Source: Chara braunii
Lineage: Eukaryota > Plantae > Charophyceae
Length of the DNA: 64,000 nucleotides
Direction of reading: 5' to 3'
Assembly: GCA_003427395.1 (NCBI GenBank)
Contig: BFEA01000020.1
Coordinates: forward strand, 5,044,759 to 5,108,758
Below, piece after piece: positions 1-13,304 of this stretch; within the stretch, counting starts at the first letter, position 1; each line of letters opens with the position of its first letter. The position numbers were made by a program, and so were the translations under genes. Below the pieces are notes generated by a model, which saw nothing but the letters and a program-made list of their open reading frames with translations, was not told the origin of the DNA and ran no database searches.

Positions 1-41
<41 letters not shown>

Positions 42-195
42 TACACACACACATACATTTAAGTCGTATTTTTCTTTCTTATTTAAGTCGTTTCTGTCTT
101 TGTCTTTCTCTCGCTCTCTTATTTAAGTCGTCTCTTTCTCACTCTTTCTCTCTCTCTCTCTCTTTTTTTTTTGGGGGGGGGGGATTTCTTTTTTT
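1..195. repeat. (CT)n/(CA)n microsatellites and low-complexity sequence
   Basis: Direct inspection. Confidence 0.9.
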
Positions 196-2301
196 GACAA
201 TTAGGAAGAAAATATTGTTGATGTATACAAATAAAAGTTGCCTTAGTCGTTTGTTGCTATGTGATCTCGTGTTCTACGTGTTCATGGTTATGGAGATGAT
301 ATTAATCCTTACTTGCTAACATGTGTTAAACTCTGTTTTTCAATACTGTATGATTTTCTGTATTCATTTTTATACTATTCTGCTTATTCTTGAAAAACAA
401 CCAGGTGAGTATGCCTCAGACATGAGATAATGTTCAAAAGCGGTTGAGATGAGTAAAAAGTTTGGAAAAAAAATTAAAAATGTAGGCACAAATATTTTGT
501 GATGTTATAATGTCAATTTTATGAATAATTAGAAAGGAAGAGTCTCAATAGTAAAAAAACAAAAAACAACAATAAACTTAGGTCGTCTTCCGGTAAATGG
601 TATCGAAGGAAAACAAAGCATGCTCAAGAATAATCAAGGAACGTATGATTGGTCTACATGGGGCGCGAAAAATACTAAAGGGCTTACGTGATGAAGCAAA
701 TTAAGTGTTATTGGGAGGGGGGGTCACACTATGTATTTCGAATGAATACTGGAGAAGGAACCAATCCGATGAGAAGGAACAAAACTGACAATAAACGTAG
801 TTTTTTTCCCTAAGGCATCCGTGCTATCCCGAATGACCTCCACTCGCCTAGACCCGTTCCAAAAAATCTTGTTCTCTACCCCCTTCGCTCCTATCTCATC
901 AAAGTCCCCCAAGCAAAAAAGGAGAGGAAATGTGAGGCCATCAATGGTTTACCCGACCTCGATCGCTAGGAATGACTCTTCTTGGAACCACGACCTTCGA
1001 GGCTTGCTGGGGAGAGGTGCGGCACGCCGCGAAGATCCATTTGTGGAGGTGGTGCAATGTTTTGTGGAGGAGCCAACGCCTACTTATGAGATCCACGCCT
1101 CATGCTCGGGCGAGAAGAATGGGTACTACGGACTGCTTCCTAGCGATCGTGGTTCGGCAAGTTCGACGAAGACGTTTTACCTTCTTCAAATTTTTTATGG
1201 ATGGGATGACTGACTTAGGATGCCTCAGGCTGACCGCATGTAGGAGCCGCCTCGATTAAGGTGGGTTGGAGCCATTAGAAGTTTCAATCCCAGTGAGAAA
1301 TTTATCCCAACAGGAAAGTGAGCCTTGTCAGAGAATGACAATGGGCAAATGTGGATAAACAAGGTTCACTTTTCTGATTCGTGAATTAAACTCGGACTTC
1401 GTCGCTAGGAGTGACGTGGCCCGCACCGTCCGCACCGCGAACGCTTAGCTAGTATATTTTGACCACCAGTACTTCTTGAAGTCACGCCCGAGAGCCACAA
1501 TTTTAGGAAACGTACGGGTCACTACACGAGCGCCAAAATTCATCCGACTAGAAATGTTTCTACTCTATTTTTTTTCAGCGGCCAATAGTTGGGTCAAGTA
1601 CTGGTGGTTTAAGACCAGGTTGTTGTAGAGGCTGGCTACTAGCCATATGATAGATCTGTCACCCCCTGGCCATTTTATCATCCTGATGTATTGCCTGACC
1701 GCCCCCCCTATGAGACTCGCTCCCACCCTTCAAGTTATCGTCACGATCCCCTGCGCATCCCTACTCCCAAGGTCCTACCTGAGTATACCCAGGATCATCA
1801 TCCATTCTAGTGATCTTTGACGGGACAGCTAGGTACCCGGGCTAAGCAGGTTCTCATCACCAACCCTCTGGTGGCCCCCAGAGAGAGGTGGGTGACGAGA
1901 GAAAGGATCTCTAGACGTTGCAGAAGAACTACAGAAACTGCAGAAACCACAAAGTCGACCAGAAGAGGAAAGGTGGAACAAACAAGAGATGGGTACAGCA
2001 GGAGAGAAAAAGGGAGGAAGAGGAAGGGGAAACTGGTGAGCATCAGTAGTTATCTGGTGCTTGATGCCAGGAGAAGAGATTCTCCCCCTGTTGAATCAAT
2101 CCTCTGGAACCCAGAGCAATCAATGCTGACAGATGGTACCCCTGCGCAGTTAATCCTTTTAGCATCTGTTTTGGTGTACGATGGGACGCTAAACCCGATT
2201 TCCAGCAGGTGCGGCTCCCCACCAATAGATTTGAGCAACCAGGAAACCTGCTAGGGGGGAATGCTCGTATCACCTCTTCCAACAAATTTCCCGTTAAAAA
2301 A

Positions 2302-5300
2302 AACCTATATCATCTGGCAGACCGGGCACCCTAAGTTGGGAAAGCCAGTCAGTAAGTCAGGTAGAACAAGAAGAGGAGGAAAGATATGAAGAATATAACG
2401 AAGGTAACCTGGGCAGGCTGAGCGTACCCTTAAGTTAGGGCGACTCGGTCCTATGCTCGTAATAAGACAAAGGATCAGCGAGTTAGTATAAATTTGTTTT
2501 GTTTTCCCTTCTAAACACAAGGCAGGGTTGGATGTCTCCCTCATTTGGGTAGGTCTGACCCTCTGTCTAATAAGAGAGAAACACATATAGTCTGTGCATG
2601 TATCAATGGTTGTTTTTATATGATTGTCGTTACGGAGGCTAAGCGTACCCTTAAGTTAGGGCAGCTTAGTCATACGTCGTTGTACTTTGTTCAGACAGTT
2701 CCTGTCTTATGTAACTATAATTGTTTAGGCCANCTAGGCGTACCCTTAAGTTAGGGCGGCCTGGTGATAGGCTCTTGTCGTTGATGTGATGTAGGTTGGA
2801 CGTACCCTTAAGTTAGGGCGGTCTGACCATTCGTCGTTCGTACTTGTGTGTAGGTTGGACATACCCTTAAGTTAGGGCGGTCTTCGTGCTTGTTCTAGGC
2901 AGGTTAGGCACACCCCTAAGTTGGGGCAGTCTAATCCTATGCCCTATGTAACTTGTGTAAGGCTGGCTAGACATACCCTTAAGTTAGGGCAGTCTAGTCT
3001 TATGCTTCATGTCGTCAGTATAAGCAGAAGCCAGGCATACCCTTAAGTTAGGGCGGTCTGGTCACATGTTTTATGTCTAGAGTTTACTTGGAGTTGGGCA
3101 TACCCTTAAGTTAGGGCAGTCCAGTTGTGCGTACTCTTACTTGTTTACTTAGGCAGGTTGGACATACCCTTAAGTTAGGGCCTTGTCTGATCCTATGCCA
3201 TAAGTGAGGGGGTTATTGAAAGGGAACAACTGAGTGATCTAACGAACTACCNNGGCAAATGTATNTGGGATTGTGAGAGATGNATGCTCATGNATGATTG
3301 TAGGGTCTCACTTGGGGTGTCTTTTNGATAGGCTAGTTGCTTTAGATGCTCGCCAAGTGCTGGAGCNATAGGTAGGTCAGATGNATGTGGGGAGGGAAAA
3401 CTTGGGATGAGGATGGGACTGACCCTGCTAGGAGTTAGGCCCAATGCTAGCCCACGGTCTCATCTAGAGATCGTATTGNCTGTCTTTTGAGTCTGAATCG
3501 TCAAGCAGATGTCNGACGTTAGTCCCAAGTATAGTTGCATTNTCTTTCTGCTTTTTCAGCTTNGTATAAATCTTGGCANCCTCNTGTTCCTATGGGAAGC
3601 GCTNCCNNAATTTTTACAAATCTGANAAAGTTAGTCATTTTTGGGCTCTTAGAAATTACGAAAAGACACTTTTCCTACGGGAAGCGCTGCCGAAATTTCG
3701 TGAAGTTTGGGGAGTTAGAATATTTTTTAGTTAGGAGTTGCTTAGCAGATCCTAACTGATTAGAGGAGGTGTTCAACTAATTGGTACTAGTGGAGGAGCT
3801 AGAGTACGACTAAGGGGAATGATCTCCCCTTGGCACAGACGTAAGTAGTACTCTTTGTTGGCCTGTACTGTGATGCAGGTTGCTGTGCTATCACTTGAGC
3901 GCCTGATCTGATCAGCCTATTCCTTCAGAGAGGTTCTTCCTCTGTTATCACTGACAACAGGTCGGTTGCCGATTCATCGGTCTACGACTCGACCCCAATT
4001 CACCCTCAATACTCAGCCTAAAAAGGCTTTAGCCCTGGTGATTTTATCTGTTTTGTTAAGGTTTCACCCAGACTCTTCTTGAATGGCCATTTAACAGAAG
4101 TACTGAGTACTTAATTATGGTTGGTTAGCTGGAGGTCGGGGCTTGTCTGGCTAAAGCGAAGGGTATGAGTGGAGAGGTTGGTTGGAGTTGACCCCGTGTA
4201 GCATGTGGGTCTTTGTTTGATATCGTGGTGTGATTGCAGGTATGTATGGAAGAGTCTCGATTGATTCATATTGAGTGGTATTACGTGGATTCAGATGGGC
4301 AGACCACACAACTGTCGTGAGAGTGAACTACCCCACAACCCTTGTACTTGAGTGAGACTGTTCTACCCCCGTTCTACTGAGGTGATAATCTAAGTAGGCG
4401 TACGCTTGGATGACCCCCACAGGGTTAGTCCCGACAGTGCCTCTTCTAATTATATTAAGAGTGCTTGTTTTTTTTTCCCTTTTTGAAAATTTATTTTGGT
4501 GGAACGATACACTTCCGGGCGGAAGGGTTAGCGTGTCGCTGGTGATGCGCCAGACAACTCACCACCGCTCCAAATCCCTTCCTGCCCTAGGGGCCGTCTT
4601 ACCCCGCACCCTTTGGGACACCTCAGGGTGCAGAAGACGGAAAGGCCGCATGTCGATTTTGCGCCCACTAAAGGGTTACCCCGCCTTTAGCGTGCGCTTC
4701 AGCCAACGCCTGAGCGTCGGGAGCCACCCCATGGCCCAGAATAGGCAATTCGGGTATGGGCACCACATAATGCGTCGTCATCACTTTTATCTGCGTAGGA
4801 CTGCATTATAACTCGGTATGTGTGGGTCCTACGTTCACTTGATCTTATATTAAACCTCGCGCAAGGCAGTTACCGACTTCCACTAAGTAGAGTTATGGGT
4901 CGGATACTGAAGGGACTAGGAGTGTTGTTGTGGTGTGGTGTTATTTGTGGAGATTGTTGTGTGTGTGTCCGTATGTTATGCGTGGGTAAGCGTGGGTGTT
5001 GTAGTGTAACGCGTGGGTGTGTAGTGCGTCCTAGTCGACCGACGCCGAATCGTGCCTGGGACTTCAGCCCCCCAGTACGACGACTCACGTACGGGTTCGA
5101 TTTCGGGCGTTCGACCACGCGTACCCCCTATGCTACAGCGAACGAGAAACGCCCTCGGCTGGGCCACCTCTGCAATTGCATATGAAAAACTTTCGTATGT
5201 GGTTCAGTAGCTCGGCAGGGATACGCCCACCTAAGGGATGGTGACAGCTCCCGCAGGTGGAGGTAGCGGTGCCTCGCGTGACTCTGTCCTGTCGTAGGGA

Positions 5301-5412
5301 CTCGCGAGAGGTACGGCTGGCGCACCTGGCCGGAGCGGCAAACGCTCTCCGCGACAAGTCCTACATAATCCTGCGTGACGCGGTCGGGAGGGTTCCCGTG
5401 CGAGACCGATGC
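2302..5412 (+). repeat. 5' LTR of host element (5'-truncated; last bases, PBS and leader deleted)
   Basis: Aligns with 35366-38476 from aacctatatcatctgg to gaccgatgc. It lacks the terminal gctcgaca present at 38477-38484 and 46288-46295. Confidence 0.88.
2320..3195 (+). repeat. Array of ~12 stem-loop motifs (core RYA CCCT TAAGTT AGGG CR) with unique spacers, inside the LTR
   Basis: acccttaagttagggc recurs at ~2427, 2647, 2742, 2804, 2863, 2975, 3039, 3103, 3166, with variants at ~2328 and 2912 and a degenerate unit near 2530. Flanks form variable outer stems. Confidence 0.9.
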
Positions 5413-5470
5413 TGCTTACCGATCTATCCCTTGTTACTCCTGTCAGGTTCGTTAGCAAAAAGAGGTGAAG

Positions 5471-8400
5471 ATGCCGGACGCTGATGAAATCGAGCGTGGC
5501 CCGGGCGCTACGCCAGAGGATTTCGTCAAGGCACTCGAGAAAAGGGAGTTGGCATGACTTCAAGTGTCAAAAATTAACATCTTCCATTTTAATGGGGACA
5601 AAGTATCTGAGTGGCTGGAGCTGCTGGAGCAGGTTACGGCCGAGGTGCCTGAGGCAGATAAATTCAAGTTCCTACCCAGGTATGTCTGGTGGGAAACTCG
5701 GCCTGAGGTAATGAAGGTGGCTGTTGGAGGAGGAGGAGACTGGGCTTAGTTCAAGGAAGAAATGCAGAGGCGGTTCAAGTTAGTGGATGTCTTGTTAACG
5801 AAGACAGATTTGGAGATGTTACAGCGGGACGAGTTCTCCACGGTGGGAGCTTTCGCAACGACATTTGAGAAGATGGCCAAGAAAGTCCTCGGATTGGCGG
5901 AAGAAGAGCAATGTGCCTCTTTCCTGGGGCACTTCAATAATTGGGAGGCCTCGTCGCTAACCAAGAAGGTTGCGCCGGGAAAGAAGCTCACTTGGGCCGC
6001 CATAAAGGAGGGCGTAATAGAAGGAGAGTTGGACCAAGTAGACATCTTCCAAATGGGACAGACTAGGAAGAAAAGAAAGGCCTTGGACGCCACGACGAGC
6101 GGCGGGCGAGACTTTAAGAAACTGATAGAAGATGCAGTGGCCCAGCTCGATGCAGAGAAAGAGGCAAAAAGGAAAACTATGGCGGCACCACAGACCCAAG
6201 GGAAGGCAAAGAAAGCAGTGGTGCAGGAGGAAGAAGAAGAGGAAGAGGAAGAGGAGCCTGAGCCACAGAAGTTGACCAAGGCTCAGAGAAAGACAAGGAA
6301 CTTGGCTCAAGAGGGGCAGGGCTGAGGAAAGGGGCAGGTCCCGCAAGCTGTAGCCATGCCACCTCCTGAGTCGCCCAGTCAGGCTGCATCAGCTCACTAT
6401 GGGCCATGGCCAGGTTGTGGACCTTCGAGTCATTGGCATGGGCACTGTTCATACGCCCCGTGGCCAATGAGCGGGCCGCATGGGTCGTGCGCCGCGGCTT
6501 CCTGTGGCTGCTCGGGACCCCAAGCGCAACAAGTGAGCCACCCGAACCCACCGCCAAACCAACCCCAGCAGTCAGCCCCACAAGGTTCGCAAGGCAATCA
6601 AGGGGGTGGATGTGGACAAAACCAAGGGTGGGGCCGAGGACAGGGGAATGGTGGCCGTGGAGGAAATGGTAGAGGGAATGGTGGTGGTAACACTTCAGGT
6701 GGCGGAAACGAGGGTTGGACGGCATCCGGGAGTCAAGGCGGTCAAGAGGGTGGAAGAGGTGCTGGCAGAGGGAGAGTAGACTGGAGAAATGTCATTTGCT
6801 GGCATTGTGGGCAGAAAGGTCACACTATTAAGTTCTGCCACGTTAGGAGGAACGACGAGGACGAAGGTTTAATTAACACCAACTATGATGGAGACATGTA
6901 CGACAAGTGGGGGTACCACCTTCACCCGAAGATTCCAGGCGGGATGAGGAAGGAGGCCCTACGACTAGTCGAGGCAGGTGAACCACCCGCCCCTCCAGCC
7001 ATGTTTCGGATGTGGCAGGAGAAAGAGGTCCACAGCGACATCAGGGTGGAAGAGGTAGGAGAGAACGAGGAGGTAGAGCAAGGAAGGAAAGTTGACACCA
7101 TCAAGGAAGAGTCAATCATAGTAGAGTCGGATGATGAGATTAAAGAAGATTACTGGAACGGGACGTTGCATGCTGAGACAGGGGAAGACTATTGGAGAAC
7201 GGTCCGACAGACAATGGAGAGAATAGAGGACCTGATAGACAAAGTCGGGAAATACCAACAGAAGTTGGTTGATATGTGCGAAGAAGTCGAGGAGTAGCAA
7301 GGTAAGGAGCCATCGGTATACCTTTACGACCTAGGTCCGGGACCGCAAGGAGGATTCGAGAATCTACCAAACGTTACGACCTCAGGAGCGACGCCTCGAT
7401 CAGGAATGACTTTCAGACCACCTTCCAGGACGGGGAGGGCACCGTACGCCGTCAGAACGAGGGCTAAAGGGTCAGTGATTCCCGAAGAACCAGCCAAGGA
7501 TGTTCCTGAACCCAGTGGAGAGAAAGAGGTAGTGGACGTTCCAGAAGGAGAGGATGACGAAGATGATAGGTTGAGGAAGGAAGAGGATGAGAGGGCCGAG
7601 CAAAGGGCCAAGAAGAGGGGTGCCAGACCTGATACAGACAAGGCACAAAAAGTAAAAAAGAAGAAGTACGTTGTCCGAGTGGAAGAAGGCTTCGATGTGG
7701 AAGAGATAATGGACAGAATCCTCGAGGGTCATAATCACCTTATGAACCTGAAGGACGTACTAGCTTCAGCGCCTAGACTTAGGGATGAGTTAAGAGCAAG
7801 ACTATCCAGGAAGATGGTAGCCAGCATACGATTGGGGACTATAATCCCTAAGGAGGCGGAGTGGGCTGAAACGGGTACTAAGATGGACTGGAAGTCTGTC
7901 GCCTGTGGCTGCCTCGACGTTGTGGTAAAAGGGAAGACATGCACCGCAATGGTGGACAGTGTAGCGGAAATGAACCTCATAAAGGAGGAACATGCCGTAC
8001 GGCTGGGAATGGAGATAGACCGCTCCGACAACGGGGTTTTGATGGGGGCCAATAGCCGATCGATATTCATTGGGACCGCGTCGTCAGTAATATTGAAAAT
8101 TGGAAAGGTGAAAGTAAGGAGCTGCTTCTTTGTGATGCCTGACTTGGACCACCCTATTCTACTTGGGAGATCGTTCCTAAGTCGGACAGAGACGGTTATC
8201 CTCAACAAACATGATGGAACTATGTTCCTCGTCCTATGGGACCCCGTATGTGGGAACTACGAGATCATCACTTGCAAGAACACAAGACCTAGGAGCATAA
8301 GGAACCGGCCCAACCCTGGTTCCTTCACTATAGAGGAGTCAGAAGAGGAAAGATTAAGGATTGAAGCCAGCAAATATGAGGAGAGAAGAGAGCCGAAGAC

Positions 8401-8584
8401 ACTGATATTGAGCCTGGCAAACATAGGGGATGCTATGGATATAGTATCGACCTATGGGATGGCAGATCCTGAGGCTGTGGAGGCCTTGAGAGAGAAGGTG
8501 GGGGAGCAAATGGGTGCAGGAGAAATGAAACTAGTGTATCGGACACCCGGAAAGGTAGGTGGAATGAGTGGAGCACAGCCCTAG
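5471..8584 (+). pseudogene. gag: gag + aspartic protease of host element (one frame, several premature stops)
   Basis: ATG 5471 is in frame with ORF pieces 5564, 5762, 6356 and 7406. Gag N-terminal motif FNGDKVSEWLELLE. Zn knuckle CWHCGQKGHTIKFC (6797-6838). Protease AMVDSVAEMNLI (DSGA-like) and ILLGRSFL. Confidence 0.9.
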
Positions 8585-8598
8585 AGCGCGACTCGGCC

Positions 8599-8605
8599 TT
8601 TTTTA
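8599..8605 (+). promoter_or_regulatory. Putative -1 ribosomal frameshift slippery heptamer T TTT TTA between gag-PR and RT
   Basis: The gag frame reads cct ttt tta. The -1 frame continues FRGGLKQGSQRRYKKVDQK into RT. Confidence 0.55.
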
Positions 8606-8942
8606 GAGGTGGGCTCAAACAGGGATCTCAAAGGCGGTACAAAAAGGTAGATCAAAAGTGTTGCCCTGTTCCAGTGCTCGTAGCCGAGGAAAAGGAAGTA
8701 TACTACGAGCGGGAGCGAGAATTGATACGGCATATGCAGGAGAATGCTGAGAGTATGCCATGTCGTATCAACCTGGAGACCGAGAAGGCGCTGATTATAG
8801 GGGAGTCTGGCTTCCTTACAGCGCAGGAAGAGAAGCTTATGGTGGACACCATAAGAGGAAGGCACACTGCATATGCCTTCAATGTTGACGAGAGAGGACG
8901 TCTGGACGTGGATAAAATCCTCATGATTAGGATACACACCGT
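8602..8942 (+). pseudogene. pol: pol, N-terminal RT-proximal part (interrupted by nested insertion)
   Basis: YKKVDQK...AYAFNVDERGRLDVDKILMIRIHTV rejoins PHEP*NLWGAQYP at 22891 once the insertion is removed. Confidence 0.85.
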
Positions 8943-11900
8943 TGTCAGGCGGCCACAAGCAGTGCGCCGCCTGAAACCTGCGGTTTTGGGACTTAGGCTC
9001 AGTGACAAGTCCGTGTTTTGACGGTACTCTGGTATGCCCAGGCATCAAAAATTCGGGGAACTCAGGGCACCCCGGATTTGGACGCATTGAACCTTACGAG
9101 TAACCCTCGGGGATGGCAGAATGGGTAGCCACTCCTGGCATATCTAGGGACCGTCATTTCAGCCCGATTCGAGGCTAGGCCTCGAATGGCCGGCCGCAAG
9201 GGGGCATCGCGGGGACTAACCCCGCTGCAACGTTTTTCCAACATACGACTGCGGCCGAAATGAGGCCTCAATTTTTTGTTTATTTTAGTACCCTAACTAA
9301 AGATAGGGAAAAGGGATTAAGACCGGTAGGGGAGAAGGGAAAAACATAATATTCCTTAATTTCTTTATTGTTCACGGCATTTAATTCTAGGGGGAATACC
9401 CTTGTTATTTTATGTTCCCGGCAATGAAATTAAAAACATAGAAAGAAATTAAAAATGGTAAAAGGGGCAAAGAAACAAAAAAAATTCGGCCATTTATTTA
9501 AACGTTCTCGGAAATTATTTTTGGGGAATTTACGGCTGTTTTACTATTTCCGATAATAGAACTAACAAAAAGGAAGAATGATTAAAAACAATGAAAGGGA
9601 CGGGAACCGATGACAATTGGGAGATGGGCCTAATTTCGCCTTGATTACCCGCCATCAGCTCTGACCCCGGAATGATAATTTTCTTTAGATTCTAACAGTT
9701 TTCACTACTGCCGATGGTCGAGATTCCCTGCGTCACTTACCTGATTTGCCTGATCACTAACCTTGTCGACTGAATGTGCGAGAGAAGGCCGCATCGCCAG
9801 CATGGGGACGGTGTTATCATGGTATGACCCTGGTATCTGGTTTAGTCCGGATACATGGTTGTGGGAGGTTCGGTGACATTCACGTTTTTCGGGATTCAAT
9901 GATGGCCGCCGTGTTTCAAGCTTGATATTGGTTCGACGTCGCCATGGTACACTGTACGGCATCATTTTCAGGCACGGTATTGGATCGGTATCAACACGGT
10001 ACGAGTCATGGGAACCCCGGATGATCATTTCAGGTTCGGCTTCAGTATGGTATGAGTTACAGCGAGCTCGACTGAGCGTTCCGGGTTTGACATTGATTGG
10101 TACGGTTTGCTGAGGTATAAGGTCGCGACAAGTTCAAATTGGCTAGTTCAAGGTTCGAAATTGGTATGGTGACGCCACGACTTGTTGACTTTCGGTCCGG
10201 GACAGGCTGTTATTCGGGGTTCGGTTCAGTACGGTACGGATGGGTAATGCTGCTGGAAGACTCTGTCTGCCTTCTTACCTTCCTTGATTCTGCGTTCCCA
10301 TGGCGCACCGCTACGCAGTACCACTACTAGCCTGTGACACTTACGCACGTTGATCCAGTGATTGGACAGAGATGGCTACAGTTGCTCCGGTTCTATGGAA
10401 CTGTATGGAACCATCAACTGTCGGTAAGGGCTCTCTATCGACAGTGTGGTCAGCGGCAGATAGAAGTGTTAACCTTTTGGATATATGCTGACTAAGGGGG
10501 AGTTGGCCGCTGAGCTTTTTTTTCAAATCTGTGGAATTGGGCTCAGTTTGCCTAGCTCAAAGGACTAATTCTGCTACCTGAAGATTACTGCGTCCTATGA
10601 GGCTGGTACTGCAGGGTCTGAAGGGCCACACGGCTTCGCAAGGTACCATGCGGATATTGGCAGTACCGGTGGATTCACATGGGGTCCCCTGCTCCGACGC
10701 CGTGGCCACTCCGGGCCTAAGGGCTTAGTCGCTCAGGCATCGCTGACCGGCTAGGGCCCCTGGCAAAGGGGGGAATGCAGGGGGCTATCTCGGCTCGGTA
10801 CCAATGCGAAACTTATCGGAGCTGTCAGCACCTGTGGACCGAAGCTGGTGCATGGTACTGTGGACGCCGAGTTTGTGGGACCGGTGCCACTGATTTTTTT
10901 TCCGTGGCGCGTCGGACTACTTCTGGTGCACTTGCTCTCTGAGAAGGCTCTGGTCGGTTAGGCCACGGGATTGAAGGGGATATAGGGGAGAGCAGCGAAG
11001 AGAGGGGGATCGCATGCCAGGTGTCCCCGGCGTCTAGCTATTGCGGAGTGCAAGCAAGCTCCGGGTGGAGGACACCTGCTCTCAGACGGTTACACGGGGA
11101 GCGAGGAGAGAGCTGAGCGCGAGCAAGGTGTTCCCGCGACAGCAAGCACGAGGGAGAAGCATCCGCGCTCAGGCAGTTACTCCGCGTGCGTGAGGGGAGG
11201 AAACAGTTTGCCAGGCGTTCCCAACTCACATTTCGATTCAGTGCTGGCAGGGAAGGGCATGCTGAGTGCGTGAGAGCCGGTAAAAGCAACGAGAGGAGAA
11301 GGGCCACGGGGTTGCACGCCAGGCATTTGCCGCTGAAATGCAGTCTGTGCTCGTGCTCAGAGGAGAGATGGTTGTGGAGGTTAGCCGGTATGCTAGGCGT
11401 ACGTCGCTCTCAACAGAGCTGGCTTAGCATATGGAGGGCTCGGATCGCCGGGGGAGGGAAAGCGAGACAGCCCTCTTCGGTGAAATGAGGGATAAGTACC
11501 CAGCATCCGGAGTCTCTACGCGACAAGCTTGTTTAGCAGGCGTGCACAGCTTGTGTGTGGGAGCTAATGGAAACACGGTGAAAGAGGACTGTGCATGGCA
11601 TACTCATGGCCCATGATCTATGATTCAGGAATGGGGAGAGGTGGCGAGTACATTAGGAAGGGTGTGTGACGGAGAGAACGGGGCATTTCCAGGGGCGCGC
11701 TTCTAACCCGAATGAGTGACCAGGTACATTCGAGTTTGTGCCAAATTTGGCTTGAGCCCGAGAGCAAGAAAGACAGCAGGAGGGAGTGTGTGCGAGAGTA
11801 GAGAGAGAAAGTGGGTTACTGGGGGAAGAACAAAAAAAGTCAAAGTGAGAAAGTCGGAGACTGTTGGAGGGAGCAGGCAGAACCACTGAATAGGTATGGG

Positions 11901-13300
11901 AGCGTGTTGTGTGCTTGGCCACTGAGTATCTGACGAGGGGCCTGCTTGACACAAGAGAGCCTGTTGTGTGATTGGCCACGGAGTATCTAACAAGGAGGTT
12001 GTTTATCGCTCGTGAGCCTGCTGGGTGATTGATTACCGAGTGTCCGTCAAGAGAACTGCTGATCACCCAAGAGCCTGCTGAGGGATTGTTGGTCACATGA
12101 GGGCCAGCGGAGTGATTGGTCATTGAGTATCCATCAAGAGACCCGACTGAAGCGGGCCGTGGCTGTGCGCTGAGCAACAAATTAGAGAGCTGTTTGAGGT
12201 TCCTACTTCATGTAAACAGGCACAAGCACCGTTCCGGGTGGACTGGTGATCGCGAACAATTATGTGAGGATCCATCTTTTTTTTAAATATTTTATTTTAT
12301 TTTATTTTTATTACTAAACCCGGATATGAGAAGGACGGTTCTCACTCCTGACTAGTTGTGGGAACTTGCTCGCTCTAGACGCTTGGGCTCGCTTAAAAGT
12401 GGGATGATAAGTAAATTCGCTAATTCAAGCAAGCTTGTCCATGAAGTGATTTACAAAGTTTTTTTGGGGTTGAGCCGCTTGCTCGTATCCAGTGGTATCG
12501 CTGCGCGTGGAGAAAAGAGAATCTCGAGGGAGAGAGAGAGAGCGGGGAGACTGGAAGAGAGGGAACAAAGAGATTGGAACAGAGAGAGCTGGGAGACAGG
12601 GAGAGAGCGGACTGAGTGAGAGAGAGAGAGCGGACTGAGTGCCAGAGAGAGAGGGGGATCAGGGAATGAGAAGAGCGAGAGACAACAGAGAGAGGGAAAC
12701 GGCGAGAAAGAGCAGCACGAGAGAGGAAGAGGGGGAACAGCAAGTAAGCAGTCGGGACTCATTGTTGTTCGAACCCGCAGGTTTACTGCTTGAACATCAA
12801 AACTCATTACACTGTAAACCCCCTGTTTACCCTGTTGGCTATTGAAAACTCGTTGTTGACTAATCCAGCCGATCTGTTGGTAGAACGAATGAAGTCCATT
12901 GCTCTCAGAACCGAGCAAAATGCTGGTTGGTCTTTGAAACTCATTGTTAACGGAACTGGTTGATTTACGGTTAACTAATGAACTTCGCTGAACCAGCTGT
13001 TTAATCGCTTGGCCATCGAAGTTCATTGCTATCTGAACCAGCTGATTCACTGTTTGACTAGTGAGATTTATCATTGTCAGAACCTGTTGATCTACCGGTT
13101 AACTGAATGAAACTCTTTGCAGTGTGAAGTTATCAAATAAAGAAGAAAGGGAGTAGAAAATCAGGCATCGTGACAAGGCGACTTCTGCCCAGATCCCCGC
13201 AGCTCGCAGAGGACCTCTGAAGCGAGCGCGGCGAAGTGACAGGCGTCGTGGCTCATGGCTTCCGCGAGCAGCAGGTAGCCCCTCCCCGGGTTTCCTCACA
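8943..13300 (+). repeat. 5' LTR of nested element (4358 bp)
   Basis: TGTCAGG...GGGTTTCCTCACA termini. Followed after 4 nt by the PBS. The 3' ~100 bp align with 22790-22888. Confidence 0.85.
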
Positions 13301-13304
13301 ACAT

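Noticed and set aside
700-2300. ORFs 821-1213 and 1817-2254, a possible Helitron 3' end (ctagt at ~1449) and a 13-bp inverted repeat (1462/1596)
   Set aside because: No recognisable protein motif, no convincing subterminal hairpin and no TSD.
2320-3195. CRISPR array (palindromic repeats with unique spacers)
   Set aside because: It lies in a eukaryotic LTR and is duplicated with it. There are no cas genes, spacing is irregular and repeat flanks vary. Reported as a stem-loop array instead.
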